Shown in pieces: positions 10,964 through 25,409 of a stretch of 64,000 nucleotides of DNA (positions are counted from its first letter, which is position 1; each line of letters begins with the position of its first letter). Both the position numbers and the translations under genes were made by a program. Below the pieces are notes generated by a model, which saw nothing but the letters and a program-made list of their open reading frames with translations, did not search any database and was not told where the DNA came from. Source of the DNA: Azolla caroliniana (taxonomy: Eukaryota > Plantae > Polypodiophyta); the NCBI GenBank assembly GCA_043228905.1, contig JBHGNT010000016.1, forward strand, positions 6,820,001 to 6,884,000, written 5' to 3'.

Positions 10964-12760
10964 TGTGTGGAATAGTGCTCGGCCACAATTGAGTCTCAAT
11001 CACTTAATGGAAGAAACAAAAAAGAGAAATGAGACAACACAAGATGTTAACGTGGAAAACCCTAAAAGGGAAAAACCACGGGAGCCCACAAACTCCAACT
11101 ATCACTATGAGAAGAATGATACAATGGGACACTCGGAGGCAACGACCTCGAGCTATGTCTTTGCCAACCGGCGGTTACAACAAAAAAACTTTTTGTATCT
11201 CTCTCTCTCTCTCTCTCTCTGTGTACAACAATAATGATAACAACTTGTGCACAACACTATTTGTCGTAGTTATATTTATACTCATATAACTTATAGGCTA
11301 TTTACAAATATGACCTCAACGGTCACGTCTAAACATATTTACAAATATGTTCCTACTTGCTGGTTCATACCGGATCCGGTCGAACTCCTTCTGGATCCAT
11401 CCGATCCGGTATCTAGATACCTTCCGGACCCATCCAGTTTGGTTCCTTCCTTTGGTTCGTCTAATCCGGCTGATCCAGAGGGCACCTGTTTCCCAACAAT
11501 CTCCCCCTTCACTCCGGTATGGGATGTCTCGTCATTCTGATCCGTCTCCGACACACGTCCAATGTGTCGGCTGACAACACCTTGGTCAACATGTCCGAAC
11601 CATTCTGCTCCATATGGATCTTCGTTAGCAAAAACTCTTTATCTTGCACCCGGTTGACATTGTCAACCACACATCTCCTATGCCAAAAATTTGGCAAGCA
11701 CCTTCATTTCCCATCTGGACACAACCATGACCTCCGGCTCTATAGGATGAGAAGCACTTCCGGTCGGGGGTTAGATGGAACGACGCGTCAGAGTCGACCA
11801 CCCACGTCGTTTCATCGCTGACAAGATGTAGCTCGTTTTCCTCAGTGATGAGCAACAATTCTTCTTCGCTCGTCGCGATCGCTGACGTTCCTTTCCGATC
11901 CGAACTTCTCCGGTCCGGACCCTTTTTCGAGTCGGCATTGTCAGTTCCTTTCTCCTTCCGGAAGTGTCAACAAATCTTCTGGAAGTGGCCCAACTTTCTG
12001 CAATAAAAGCAAGTGGGCCTCCCCCTTGACTTCGACCTCGTCCTCGATTTGTCCCGGTTCTTGGGACTTCGATTCCAGCCTCTTCCCCGGTTGTGGTCAT
12101 CTTCCATAACCAAAGCCTTCGGACCGGTTCCAGACTGTTGGTCCTTCCGACGAGCTTCTTCATCCAGCAAGCTTGAGTTTACCCTTGCTAGGGACAACTG
12201 TTTCCCTTTCGGCCCGGTGTTGCCCAAAGTGACAACTAGCATCTCCCAACTATCCGGGAGGGAACCAAGCAACAACAACGCAAGTACCTCGTTGGCTAAA
12301 GGTACACCCAATGAGGTTGTTTGGTTTATCAGCCCTTGGAATGCATTCATGTGCTCTTCCATGTTGGATCCGTCTTGGTACCGGAGTCTCACTAACTTCC
12401 GAAATACCGAAACCCAATTTACGACGTTCTTGCTCTCCAGCATGGTGCCGATTTTCTCCCAGAGCACATGGGCCTTAGTTTCTTCGTTGACATTGTTGTA
12501 TAGGCTCATATCGATGAAGCACCGAATGTATGCTGTCGTCTTCATGTGCATCACCTCCCAGGTCACTGCATTGATCTTATCCGACCCTTTTCCCCTTAAC
12601 TGTACAGGAAACCAAAGATCTTTAACAACGAGCATGTCCCTAATCTTTGACTTCCACACTAGGTAGTTGGAGCCTGTGAGCTTGAACATGCTTCCGAATA
12701 ACTCTTCCATAATTTTTGTTGTTGGCTCTGATACCAGTTTGTGTGGATGTTAACGTGGAA
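10964..12760 (-). mobile_element. Internally deleted Ty1/Copia element (Tnt1/Tto1-like)
   Basis: 3' LTR 10964-11498, PPT 11499-11512. The RNase H tail is joined directly to the protease (WVVDSDASFH). Gag 11967-12710 has a CCHC knuckle, tRNA-iMet PBS TGGTATCAGAGCCAAC at 12721-12736, 5' LTR truncated. Confidence 0.9.
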
Positions 12761-12892
12761 TCATGGCTTCACTTGGGCTTGAACCCAAGACCTTGTAATA
12801 CATAATCAACAACCTAACCATTAGGATAGCATATGATTATATAAAATAATAAAAGCTACTTCTTGTTATAGATTGATTATTGTAAATGCTCT

Positions 12893-12962
12893 GGAACATT
12901 CTAGAATATCCTAGAACATCTTAGAATATTCTAGGTCTAGAACATTCTAGAACATTATAGAA
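12893..12962. promoter_or_regulatory. Heat-shock element array in the chromovirus 5' LTR
   Basis: Repeated GAAnnTTCnnGAA just upstream of TATAAATA at about 12991. Confidence 0.7.
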
Positions 12963-13571
12963 ATCACTAGGCTATTATTCTATAGGAACCTATAAATATG
13001 GACATACAATTCTTCTCAAACCAATTTGAATAATCACCAGTCTTAAGATTTCGTCACCTTTCTTGTATCCATCTTCATTCTATCTTACTAATACATTCAT
13101 TCTTCTCTTATCACTTCATTCCTCTCTTCTTGTGATCTCTTTACATCTTTCTTCTACGACTCTATCTTTTCTCTTGGTTCTGACAGTTTGATTCGAATTC
13201 TCTCTCTCTCTCTCTCCCTCTCCCTTATCCTCCTCTATAAACATCACGAAACATGGCTGCCATCAACTCGGAAGAATATCTCACCCTTTTTGCAGAAATG
13301 GAGAATATTAAATCTAAGTTCGCATCTCTTGAATTAGAGAATCAACGTCTTCTTGGGGATCTACAAAAGGTTACTGTTGAGAAGCAACAACAACAAGAAG
13401 AGTTTACGCGACGGGTGCAACAATTAGAATCGACAATTGTAATTTTACAACAACAAAGGATCGAAGGTCAAGGAAGTATTAAGTGTTGAGAAGCAAGCTC
13501 AACATGGTATGTGATGCTTATTGGGAAATAAGCTATAGTAGCTATTTAGCTACTTGTGAACATAAAGGAGA

Positions 13572-14077
13572 TGTTACCCCGTACGAGATGTACAGAGAGT
13601 CAAGTGTGATGAGCGAGGGTTGGATGTTATCATGATGTTGTGTATGTGTAGGGGGCATAAATGTAATTGTAAGTCTATACGTATGTGAACACATGCACAC
13701 GTGTGTGCATGTGGATGGATACGAGGAGGTGTGAGTGAGTGTCCAATATGAATGCTCGAGGGGGCTTACACCCCTATGTATCTACCCCCTCTTGTACTAT
13801 TTAACCCCTTATGGGGAATGAATGAAGGAATGAACATTTCTCTCTCTCTCAATCTCTCTCTTCTATCTCCCCTTACGTTGAACCCCGTTGGGAGGGGGGT
13901 GGAGCCATTCTAGGCACCACCCCCCACCCCGCAATGCTTCTCAATGCACATCATGCTATCACCCACAATGATTCTTATCGCCATTACCATTTCCATCTTC
14001 ATCACTATCAATGTCATAATCAATCTCTCAATGCTTATCACCAATCAACATAAATGTTAACCCTAAAACCTACAATA
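13572..14077. mobile_element. 506-bp insertion, probably a solo LTR, inside the Copia 5' LTR
   Basis: Absent from the 3' LTR. Flanked by TSD GGAGA (13567-13571 and 14078-14082), termini TGTTA...CAATA. Confidence 0.8.
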
Positions 14078-14582
14078 GGAGAAACAACTAATTAGCTACT
14101 GACAGTTATTTAACGACTGACAGCTAATTAGCTACAAGCAGCTAATTAGTTGCATATGTAAGTAACTTATTACTTAGGTAAAAAGTAAGAAATATACAAG
14201 AAGTAGAACTTTGAGAGAGAGAGTGAGGATAGAGAGGAAGAACTCAGAGAGTGAGAGCAGAAGAGAGAAACATACGAGAGCAAGTAGAGCTCTGCGTGTA
14301 ATGAAATAGAAGAAGTTTTGGCTGCTACAGAGGTAAGTCTCCTCCCCCCTTCCCTTTTGTGTTTGAGCACCAAACGATCCAGCACACCACGATCCGCCAC
14401 GCACATAAGAAGAGCCCGAGTGCCTTCTTTAAGTTTTCTTAACATGGTATTAGAGCAAGTTGCTCATAAAGAAGAGTACAGAAGTGCATAGATCTGAGAA
14501 AGGTATTTCTCTATTTGCTGATCTGAATCAGAAAGTTACTTTTTGAAGTAATTGTAGTAGAAACCCTAGTTTGGAAGAGATA

Positions 14583-17500
14583 ATGGCTGCAGAGAATGCA
14601 AGCCAAATAGTTACAGAGAAACTAGATAAAAACAATTTCCCGGCGTGGAAATTTAGAATGACAAATTTCCTGATGGGGAAAGGATACTGGGATTACATTG
14701 AAGGAGACCTAGAAGAGGCTCCGGAGATCCCAGAATAAAATGCCACAACACAGATTAAAGCATTCAAAGATTGGAATGAAGGGGCAAGGAAGGTAATGCA
14801 TTGGTTCTCACTTAGCATCTCAGATTCGATGCTTGGGCACATACAGGATGCTATGCTCCCAAAAGAAGCTTGGGACAGTTTGGTAAAACTGTTTGCAGTA
14901 AACACAAAAGCTAGAAAGCTACAGTTGAAGACTGAGCTAAATACCTTAGAAAAAGGTAAGATGTCAATAAATGAGTATGCTTTGAAAATAAAGAGCATAT
15001 GTGAATCACTTGCTTCTATCAATGTAAAGATAGAAGATGATGATAAGGTAGAAATATGCTTGAGAGGCTTAGGACCTCAATACAAAAGCTTTAAAACCTA
15101 TATGCTTACAAGGGATAGTATCCCAAGTTTTCTAGATCTGGTTTCAATGCTTGTAGTAGAAGAAAGGAATCAGATGGATGATGTAAATAAAGGAAATCTT
15201 GAGAATGAGGGGCAAGCCCTATATAATAGTGCTGGAAGAGGCCGAGGAAGAGGCCATGAAAGATTTGGCTCAGCAAGAACCAACAATAATGGTTATCAAG
15301 GAAGAGGACAACAAACCATTAGAGGAAGAAACAACAACAGAGGCAGGGGGAGAAACCAAGGTAGAGGTAAGCAAACATATGTAAATGATGATGGCTGTTG
15401 GTATTGTGGAAAACCAGGCCACACATAGGCTGAATGTTACAAGAAGCAAAATGATGAGCAAAGAGGAAAGAGATAGCAGAATAACTATGCCCAAACTAGT
15501 GAAGATTGTGAAAAAGATGGTGCATTTGTGGTACAACATGAGATAGCAGCAGTGGCTGAAAGCTCACAGAAATGTAATGAAGAGTTTACATGGTATGTAG
15601 ACTCGGGGGCATCTAACCATATGACTGGACATGCAAACTGGTTTGAAAGGTTAAGGGAACTAGAGATTCTTGGCTACGTATAGATGGGTGATAATAGTAC
15701 TCACCAAATAGAACATGTTGGAGATATCCCATTGTGGGAAGAAAAAGGAAAGACTAAGTATATGTTGAATGTAATGCATGTTCCAAATCTTGCTAAGAAT
15801 CTGATTTCTGTTGGACAGATAGTAGAGCAAGGTATGCAAGTAAAGTTTAAGCAAAGTGGATGCTATATAGAAAAGAATGGGAAGCTCATTGCAAAAGGAA
15901 AACGACAAGGAAGAATGTTTATTTTGGATGTTGACATGCCTAGACAGATTTCAGCTATGTTTGCAAATGGAATGAGTGTAGTCTCAGATGTGGAAATGTG
16001 GCATAAAAGGATTGGCCACATAAGTATGCAAACCCTAAAGAATATGTTGAGAAAAGAGGCAGTGGCTGGACTGCCAAAACTGAAAAATTGTGAAATGGGA
16101 AAGATATGTGAAGCATGTCAATATGGAAAGAAAAATAGGTTGCCATTCCCTCATGAAAGACATGTAAGTAAAAATTTGTTGGATTTGGTACATGTGGATG
16201 TATGGGGACCAACTAAGAATGCATCTATCGGTGGCTGCAGATTCTATGTAACTTTTATTGATGATTGCTCAAGGAAAACATGGGTGTACTTCATGAAAGA
16301 GAAAAGTGAAGTGTTTGAATGTTTTCGTAAGTTTAAATGCATGGTAGAAAAGTAGGCAGGTACAAGAATAAAATGTTTAAGATCTGATGGAGGAGGAGAG
16401 TATTTCTCCAATGAATTTTCTGATTTTCTATGCAATCAGGGAATAAGAAGACAGTTCACATGTAGATATACTCCACAACAAAATGGAGTTGCTAAGAGGA
16501 AAAATAGAACATTGGTGAACATTGCAAGGGCTTTGATGACAGAGAAGAATATGCCATTGTACTATTGGGCAGAAGCTGTAAATACAACAAATTATATTCT
16601 AAATAGATGTATAACATCGGGAGTACATGAAGCAACTCCTGAAGAGTGTTTCTATGGAAGGAAACCTAGTTTAGAACACTTAAAAGTGTTTGGATGCCTT
16701 GCATATGTACATGTGCCTGCAGAAGTAAGAAGTAAGCAGGATCCAAAAGCAGAAAAATGTATTTTTGTTGGCTATTCAGAAGAACAAAAAGGGTATAGAT
16801 GCTATAACCTTGTAACAAAGAAGATTGTGACAAGTAGGGATGTAATCTTTGATGAGTTAGCTAGCTGGTACAGTCCAAAATAGAATCCAGAGACTGATGA
16901 AGACAATGAGATTGAATACAGAGACAAATCTGAAAATGTAGAAGATTGCCACAGAGATGGAAGCAAGGTTGGACAAAAAGTCCAACATCAACAGAATGTT
17001 CTGGACCATCAAAAAGCTCAGATGGTAAATCTGATTCGAATTCTTGAAGTGGAAAAAGTGGAGGACACAAAAAATGTGATGATAGAAAAGGAAAACAGAA
17101 AATGCCAGAGTATGAAATGTTGGATGACTTGTCTAAAAACATGGAAGATGAGGATTCAAATATGTCATTGGATGATCTTCTTGGTATAAGAGGATTGAAA
17201 ATCCCTGGTATGGAAAAAGCATTGAAGGATGCAAATTAGAAACTGAGAAGATCAGATAGAGAAAAAAATTGTTGAAAGATTTGGTTATGATACATATATG
17301 GCTATGCATTATGCATATAGGTCTAAGGTGGTACAGATCCTTGATCCAAGTAGCTTTGATGAGGCTAAAACTGAGAAGAAATGGGTGGATGCAATGCAAG
17401 AAGAGATTGATGCATTGGCTGAAAACAAAACATGGGATTTGGTGAAGTTACCAAAAGAAAAAAATGTGGTAGGTTGCAAATGGGTCTACAAGACAAAGCA

Positions 17501-18950
17501 TGATTCCAGTGGGAATGTAAGTAGACATAAAGCAAGATTGGTTGCAAAGGGATATGCCCAAATGCAAGGAATTGATTATGATGAGACATTTGCACCGGTT
17601 GCAAAGATGGCAACATTGAGGACATTATTGGCTGTAGGTGCAACCAGAAGATGGTTTCTTCATCATATGGATGTAAAAAATGCCTTTTTACATGGTAAGT
17701 TGGAAGAAGAAGTGTATATGTGTCAACCATCAGGTTTTGACGACAGGAAGCATCCAGATTATGTATGTAAGCTGAAAAAGGCTCTCTATGAACTGAAACA
17801 GGCACCAAGAGCATGGCACAGAGAACTTTTAGATTATATGAAAAAACTTGACTTCAAAATGTCAAAGGCTGATTCATCATTGTATGTTAAAAGGAAAGAT
17901 GATTGTATTGTTGTGATTCTGATTTATGTTGATGATCTCATCATTGGAGGTGATTCCATGGATGAAATAAGTAAGCTGAAAAGAAATTTGGGAATGCAGT
18001 TTCATATGAAAGATTTGGGAGATTTGAGATATTTTTTGGGTATTGAAATCATCAGATCTGAAAGTGGTATATATGTGTTGCAAAGACAATATGCAACAAC
18101 TATGTTGAAAAAGTATGGTAGGCTTGGATGCAAACCTATTGGAGTACCATTAGATAAAAACTGCAAATTGAGGGCTGATTTGGGAGCCAAAATAGAAGAT
18201 GTAAACATGTACAGGTCTATGGTGGGCAGCCTTATTTATTTGACCATAACAAGACCTGATTTGAGTTATGCAGTTGGATTAGTCAGCCAATTTATGCAAC
18301 AGCCAACAAAGCCGCATTTGGACTGCATTAGAAGAATTCTGAGGTATGTAAAAGCTACTCAGAACTATGGATTGTTTTACAGGGCTGATTTGGACATAAA
18401 TATGGAAGGATATATAGATGCTGATTGGGCTGGAAGCCAAACAGATAGAAGATCCACAAGTGGATATATGTTTACATTGGGAAGTGCAGGTATTTCATGG
18501 AGTAGCAAGAAACAAGCTATTGTTGCATTGTCTAGTACTGAAGCTGAGTACAGAGGAGCCGCCATAGCCACTTGTGAAGAGGTATGGATCAGAAGATTCC
18601 TTGCTGATTGGGGAGAGTATATAGATGGTACTGTCACAATCTGGTGTGACAATATGAGCAACATTCAGCTTGCAAAAAACCCAGTGTTCCATGCAAGAAC
18701 AAAGCACATTGAAGTGCATTATCACTTTGTTAGAGAAAAAGTGATTGAAGGAGAAGTTGATCTGGTGTATGTGAATACAAATCAGCAGGTTGCTGATATT
18801 CTCACAAAGGGATTGAGTGTGGAAAAGCATACACAATTTCGGAACATGATGGGAGTTGTAGACACTGATATGATGGCTGAAAAGCATCATGGAAAAGAAG
18901 TTGTAGATAACCCCAAGAAAGGACAAGTTGAGCTTGAGGGGGAGTGTTGA
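14583..18950 (+). pseudogene. Copia gag-PR-INT-RT-RH polyprotein with premature stops
   Basis: CWYCGKPGH knuckle, DSGAS protease, GAG-pre-integrase WHKRIGH, integrase core, RT YVDD and RNase H DADWAG, with several in-frame stops. Confidence 0.93.
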
Positions 18951-20900
18951 GAAGCAAGCTCAACATGGTATGTGATGCTTATTGGGAAATAAGCTATAGT
19001 AGCTATTTAGCTACTTGTGAACATAAAGGAGAAACAACTAATTAGCTACTGACAGCTATTTAGCGACTGACAGCTAATTAGCTACAGGCAGCTAATTAGC
19101 TGCATATGTAAGTAACTTATTACTTAGGTAAAAAGTAAGAAATATACAGGAAGTAGAACTCTGAGAGAGAGAGTGAGGATAGAGAGGAAGAACTCAGAGA
19201 GTGAGAGCAGAAGAGAGAAACATACGAGAGCAAGTAGAGCTCTGCGTGTAATGAAATAGAAGAAGTTTTGGCTGCTACAGAGGTAAGTCTCCTTCCCCCT
19301 TCCCTTTTGTGTTTGAGCACCAAACGATCCAGCACACCACGATCTGCCGTGCACATAAGAAGAGCTCGAGTGCCGTCTTCACGTTTTCTTAACATTAAGG
19401 AGCCCAAAATCAGTCTCCCAGGTAAATTTGATGGTTCAAGGGCGCATTTCCAAGGTTTCTTGAATCAAGTGCGGTTGGTAATTCAAATGCATCCCACGCG
19501 TTATCCGACAGATGCATCACGAGTCGGGTTAGTGGGCACCCTATTGATTGGCATAATGTTGTCATGGTTTGCTCCATTACTAGAGACAAATTCTCCTCTA
19601 TTGCATAATTTCGAGGAGTTTGTCAAAGAATTTAAGGCTTGCTTCGGAGATACAGATGGGGCAAGAACGACAATCAACAAGATTCGTACACTACGTCAAG
19701 GTGATCAACCAGACTCAACATATGCAACTAATTTTCGTCTCATCGCAAGCGATATTCCTTGGGATGAACAAGCCCTAATGGAGCAATTTCGTTCCGGTCT
19801 TCGTAGTGATGTGAAGGACTTACTTCTTACCTTCCCCGAGGATCCAAAATCACTTACAGAAGCTATTAGTCGAGCAATACGGTGTGATAATCGTCTTTTT
19901 GAGCGTCGATGTGAGAGACAACAACAAATAACAAGATCAAGATACACACCAACTTATGCATCAGTAACGACGCAATCATCTCCAAGGCAAACATATAACC
20001 TTGCTCCAACCCCAAGGCAAACAGGTAGCCCAACCCCAATGGATAGGCCGACACCCATGGAGATCAATATGACCCAATGTCGAGGACCATTGTCGGACGA
20101 AGAGAAGCAACGACTCTGAGCAAACCGTCTATGCTTATATTGCGGAGGTCTAGGACATATAGCCATTCATTGCTCCTGTAGGCCGAGACGTCAGGTAAAT
20201 CAAATTCACTATGACAATAAAAATGAGTCCAACATTTTAGAAGCACTTAATGATTCTAATATTATGAATAATCCACCCTTGTCCAACAAGTTTGAAGTCC
20301 TAAGACAATTAGAAGAGGAGTCAAAACGAATAAGTCCGGCCAAAATAGGAGCCATTTGGTTGGACAACCCTAGCTTTGTACAACCTAATGTAGGTTCCAT
20401 TTCATCCAAGCATGTTAGTAGAGTCTTCTCAGCCCAAGTACAAGTTAGGATACCAAGTTTCCAACTTCACATCCAAGCCCTCTTAGATACCGGAGCCAGT
20501 TCTTGTTTCATGGATAGAGATTTTGCCCAAAAACATAAAATATCCTTGCACACACTTCCTTGCCCAGTTTTTGTAGTAGTGATTGATGGACGTCCCATAC
20601 CTTCCGGGAAGATATTCGAAGAGTCTGAGCCAATACACATACTCTTAGGTGATTTAGGAATTGTAGTTTCCTTTAATATAATCCTTAGCCCCGAGCATCC
20701 AATTGTCCTTGGTTTGCCATGGTTCGAGCTACATAACCCATGAATAGATTGGAGGAGGCGAGAAATTTGGTGCCCTTCAGCAGAAAACATCATTGCTAAG
20801 GATTGAAACCAGGCGTATTCCCTTAAAGAATATAGTTCTACCAGTGCACCATCTCCTTTTCACCAAATCTCAACCATCCCATTGCAACAATTGTTCCAAG

Positions 20901-23900
20901 TGTTGGGAAATCCGTCTCTCTAGATGGGACCCGGTGATGAATGAAGAGGACACAATGAGAACCGGAAGAGAGACATATTTGTAAATATGTCTTGAGCAAG
21001 CCTATTGAGGCTATATTTGCAAATAACCCTAAGTTCATATAAGTATAAATATGACTTAGGGAAATCACTTTATGTGTGTGTTGTTATTGTTGTTGATATA
21101 TATTGTTGTACAGAGCGGAGCGACTGAGAGAGAGTGTGAGATACAGAGAAATACTCTGTTGTAACCGCCGATTAGGGAAGAAATAGAGCTCGAGGTTGTT
21201 GCCTCCAAGTCTCTGATTGTACCCTCTTTTCTTCATTGTGATAGTTGGAGTCTGTGGGCTCTCGTGGTTTTTCCCATTCAGGGGTTTCCACGTAAACATA
21301 CTGTGTACTCTCTTTTGTGTGTACTTCTATTCCCATTCTTGTGTTGCACTCTTATCGAAGTAATTCAAGACTCGGTCATGGCCGAGCAGTATTCCACGCT
21401 ATTCCTCACAAACTGGTATTAGAGTTGGTGGTTAAAGATCTTTGGTTGCTGGTTCAGTTCGGGGACAAGAGACTGGATAAGATTGACGCCATAGTGTGGG
21501 AGGTGATGCACATACATCCGGTGCTTCATCGACATGAGCATGTAAAACAACTTCAATGAAGAGAGCAAGGCTCATGAACTTTGGGAGAAGATCAGCATCA
21601 TGTTCCAGAACAAGAATGCCGTTAATCGAGTTTCGGTATTTCGGAAGCTAGTGAGGCTCCGGTACCAGGATGACTCTAGTATGGCGGAGCACATGAATGC
21701 CTTCTAGTGGCTGATACATCAAGAAACCTCGTTGGCAGTACCTCTCGCCGATGACGTACTCGCATTGCTCCTGCTCGGTTCCCTCCCGGATAGCTGGGAG
21801 ACGTTAGTTGTCACGTTGGGAAACACCGGGCCGGAAGGAAAACAGTTGTACCTAGCAAGGGTAAAATCAAGCTTGCTAGATGAAGAAGCTCGCCGGAAGG
21901 ACTGGAAGTTTGGAACCGATCTGAAGGCCTTGGTCATGGAAGATGACCACAACCGGGGAAGAGGCCGATATCGGAGTCCCCAAAACCGGGACAAATTGGG
22001 GACAAGGTCGAAGTCAAGGGTGAAGCTCACATGCTTCTATTGCGGGAAGCCGGGACACTTCCAGAAGAATGGCCAGCATTTCTGGAAGGAGAAAGAAACC
22101 GGCACTACTGATTTGAAGAAGAGTTTGGACCGAAACGGTTCGGACCGGAGAGGCCCGGATCGGAAGGGAATGTCGGCAATCGCAACAAATGAAGAAGAAC
22201 TGATGCTCATTACTGAAGAGAATGAGTTAAACCTTGTCGGCGACGAGACAACGTGGGTTGTTGATTCCAGAGCGTCGTTCCACCTGACACCGGATCGGAA
22301 ATGCTTTTCATCCTACACAATCGGCGATCATGGTTGTGTCCTGATGGGGAATGAAGGTACATGCCGAATTATCAGCATAGGAGAAGTGTTATTGACGATA
22401 TCAACCGGATGCAAATTGCTGCCGAAGGATGTCCGACATGTTTTGGAGGTTCAACTGAACCTGATATCAGCCGGTCGGCTAGATGATGAAGGCTACATGG
22501 GTAGCATCTGGAACAGTGTTATGAAGTTCAACAATGGAAGCTTGATAGTGGTTTGAGCTCGGAAGATCAACACATTGTACTTGATGAATGCCCGGATATG
22601 CCGGGAAGACGTGAATGTATCATCCGACACTGCCGGTGAGCTGTGGCAGAAAAGACTGTGTCACATGAGTGAGAAGGGGATGAAGAGGCTTGCCGAAGAC
22701 AACCTCATTCTGGTGAAGGACGTGCAACTTGAGAAGTGCACCGATTTCTTGGCCGGCAAGCAAAACCGAACCTCCTTCCGGTCAAGACCATCGATGAGAC
22801 GGAATGCACCACTGGAGCTGGTGCATATCGATGTGTGTCAAGGGGACACGAAGTCACATGCCGGATCGCAGTACTTCGTGACGTTCATAGATGACCACGA
22901 CTGGAAGTTGTGGGTCTCACCATTGAAGACAAAGGATTAGATGCTATCTGTCTTCAAGGAGCTCCACGTGAGAGTGGAAAGAGAAACCAACTGGAAGTTG
23001 AAGGCGGTTTGAGTAGATAACGAAGGAGAATACTGGGGGCAGTTCGAGGAGTACTGCCGGTTGAAGGGAATCCGGCTCGAGTTTACTGTGACGAAGACGC
23101 CGGAACTAAACGGGCTGGTCGAAAGGATGAACCGGACCATAATGGAGAGAGTTCGGAGCATGCTAGCACATGCAAAGTTACCCAAGACGTTTTGGGTTGA
23201 GGCGCTGACGACAACGATCTATGTGATAAATAGATCACCCTCAGCACCTTTGGAAGGAGACTCACCTTAGAAAGTATGGACTGGTAAAGATGTATCTTAC
23301 TGACATCTAAAGGTGTTTGGGTATCTAGCATATGTGCATGTTGCAAAGGACAAGAGAGAAAAGGTGGATCCAAAGTCCAGGCCATGCATATTCCTTGGAT
23401 ACGACGACGATGAGTTCGGTTACCGGGTGTGGGATCCAGTCGATAAGAAGGTGTTCCGGAGTCGGGATATAGTCTTCATGGAAGACAGGACCATTGCCGA
23501 CTGGGAGTCGGAGAAGAAGGTGATGAACTCCGGATCATTCAATGAAAACCTTCTTGAGGACACAAGGACTTTCCCGGTAACTGGATGACACTCGACGAAC
23601 CGGCCGGATATGGACAAGAAACCGAACCGTCTGAAGAAGAAAAAGAAGAAAAAGACACCGGAACCGAACAAGATCCTGAATCGGATTCGGATTCGGAACA
23701 AATGGAGGAACCATCAGTTAGAAACCAAGGACGGAGATATCCTCTCATAGAGAGAAGAGCCCCCCGGAGATTTCTGGATGCAATGCATGTGTTGCTAATC
23801 GATGAGGCGGAGCCGGAAAGCTTCAAAGAACCAAAGAGAGACACCCACAACCGCCAGTGGTTGAGTGCCAAGCAGGATGAGATGGATTCCTTGCAGGAGA

Positions 23901-25409
23901 ACCACGCATATGAACTGACGGAGTTGCCGAAAGGGAAGAGAGCACTCCGGAACAAGTGGGTGTACAAGTTGAAACTAGGAGATGACGGAAATCCAACCAG
24001 GTATAAGGCCTGAATTGTGGTGAAGGGCTTCCAGCAGAAGAAAGGAGTGGACTTCGATGAGATCTTTGCCCCAGTAGTAATGATGACATCCATCTGAATG
24101 GTATTGGGCATAGCAGCAAGCATGGACCTCGAGGTAGAGCAACTGGACGTCAAGACAACATTTCTACATGGAGACCTTGAAGAAGAGATCTACATGCATC
24201 AACCGGAAGGATTTGAGAAGAAAGGGAAGGAGCACTTGGTGTGCCGGCTGAAGAAGAGCCTATACGGACTGAAGCAAGCTCCCCGGCAATGGTACCGGAA
24301 GTTCGACTCCTTCATGACCAACCAAGGATACCACAAGACGTAGGCCAATCACTGCGTGTTTGTGAAGAAATTTGATGGAGGAGATTTCCTGATACTCCTC
24401 CTATATGTGGATGATATGCTGATCGTCAGACGAGACTAAGGCAAGATTCAAATGCTGAAGAAGGCTCTGAACCGAACCTTCTCAATGAAAGACTTCGGGC
24501 CGACAAGACAGATATTGGGAATGCACATAATCCGGGACCGGTCAAAGAAGCTGTTGTGGTTGTCACAGGAGAAGTATGTGACAAAGGTGCTTCAACGGTT
24601 CAACATGTCGGAGGCGAAACCGGTTGGATCGACACTTCCGACAAACTGCAAGCTATCCGGAAAACAAAGCCCGAGGACAAAGGCGGAGAAGACGGATATG
24701 ATGAAGATACCATATGCCTTTGCCGTCGGGAGCTTGATGTACGGGATGGTAGAAGATCAAGAGTTTGTGTTGACGAAGATCCACACGGAGGAGAACGGGT
24801 CGGATATGCTAACCAAGGTGTTGATAACCGACAAGCTGGACGCGTGCCGAAAGCGGATCGGGCTGACGAGACATCCCATGCCGTAGTGAAGGGGGAAATT
24901 GTTGGGAAATCGGTCTCTCCGGATAGGACCCGGTGATGAATGAAGAGGACACGATGAGAACCGGAAGAGAGACATATTTGTAAATATGTCTTGAGCAAGC
25001 CTATTGAGGCTATATTTGCAAATAACCCTAAGTTCATATAAGTATAAATATGACTTAGGGAAATCACTTTATGTGTGTGTTGTTATTGTTGTTGATATAT
25101 ATTGTTGTACAGAGCGGAGCGACTGAGAGAGAGTTTGAGATACAGAGAAATACTCTGTTGTAACCGCCGGTTGGCAAAGAAACAGAGCTCGAGGTTGTTG
25201 CCTCCAAGTCTCTGATTGTACCCTCTTTTCTTTATAGTGATAGTTGGAGTCTGTGGGCTCCCATGGTTTTTCCCATTCAGGGTTTTCCACGTAAACATAC
25301 TGTGTACTCTCTTTTGTGTGTACTTCTATTCCCATTCTTGTGTTGCACTCTTATCGAAGTAATTCAAGACTCGGTCGTGGCCGAGCTGTATTCCGCACTA
25401 TTCCTCACA
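20901..25409 (+). mobile_element. Ty1/Copia element (Tnt1/Tto1-like), degenerate, inserted in chromovirus pol
   Basis: 510-bp LTRs 20901-21410 and 24900-25409, TSD CCAAG, Met-type PBS 21414-21424, PPT 24888-24899. Gag, PR, INT and RT remnants with internal deletions. Confidence 0.96.

Larger units (their letters stand above)
13484..19394 (+). mobile_element. Full-length Ty1/Copia element inserted in chromovirus gag
   Basis: LTRs 13484-14444 and 18945-19394, 5-bp TSD TTAAG (13479-13483 and 19395-19399), PBS TGGTATTAGAGC 14445-14456, PPT GAGGGGGAG. Confidence 0.97.
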
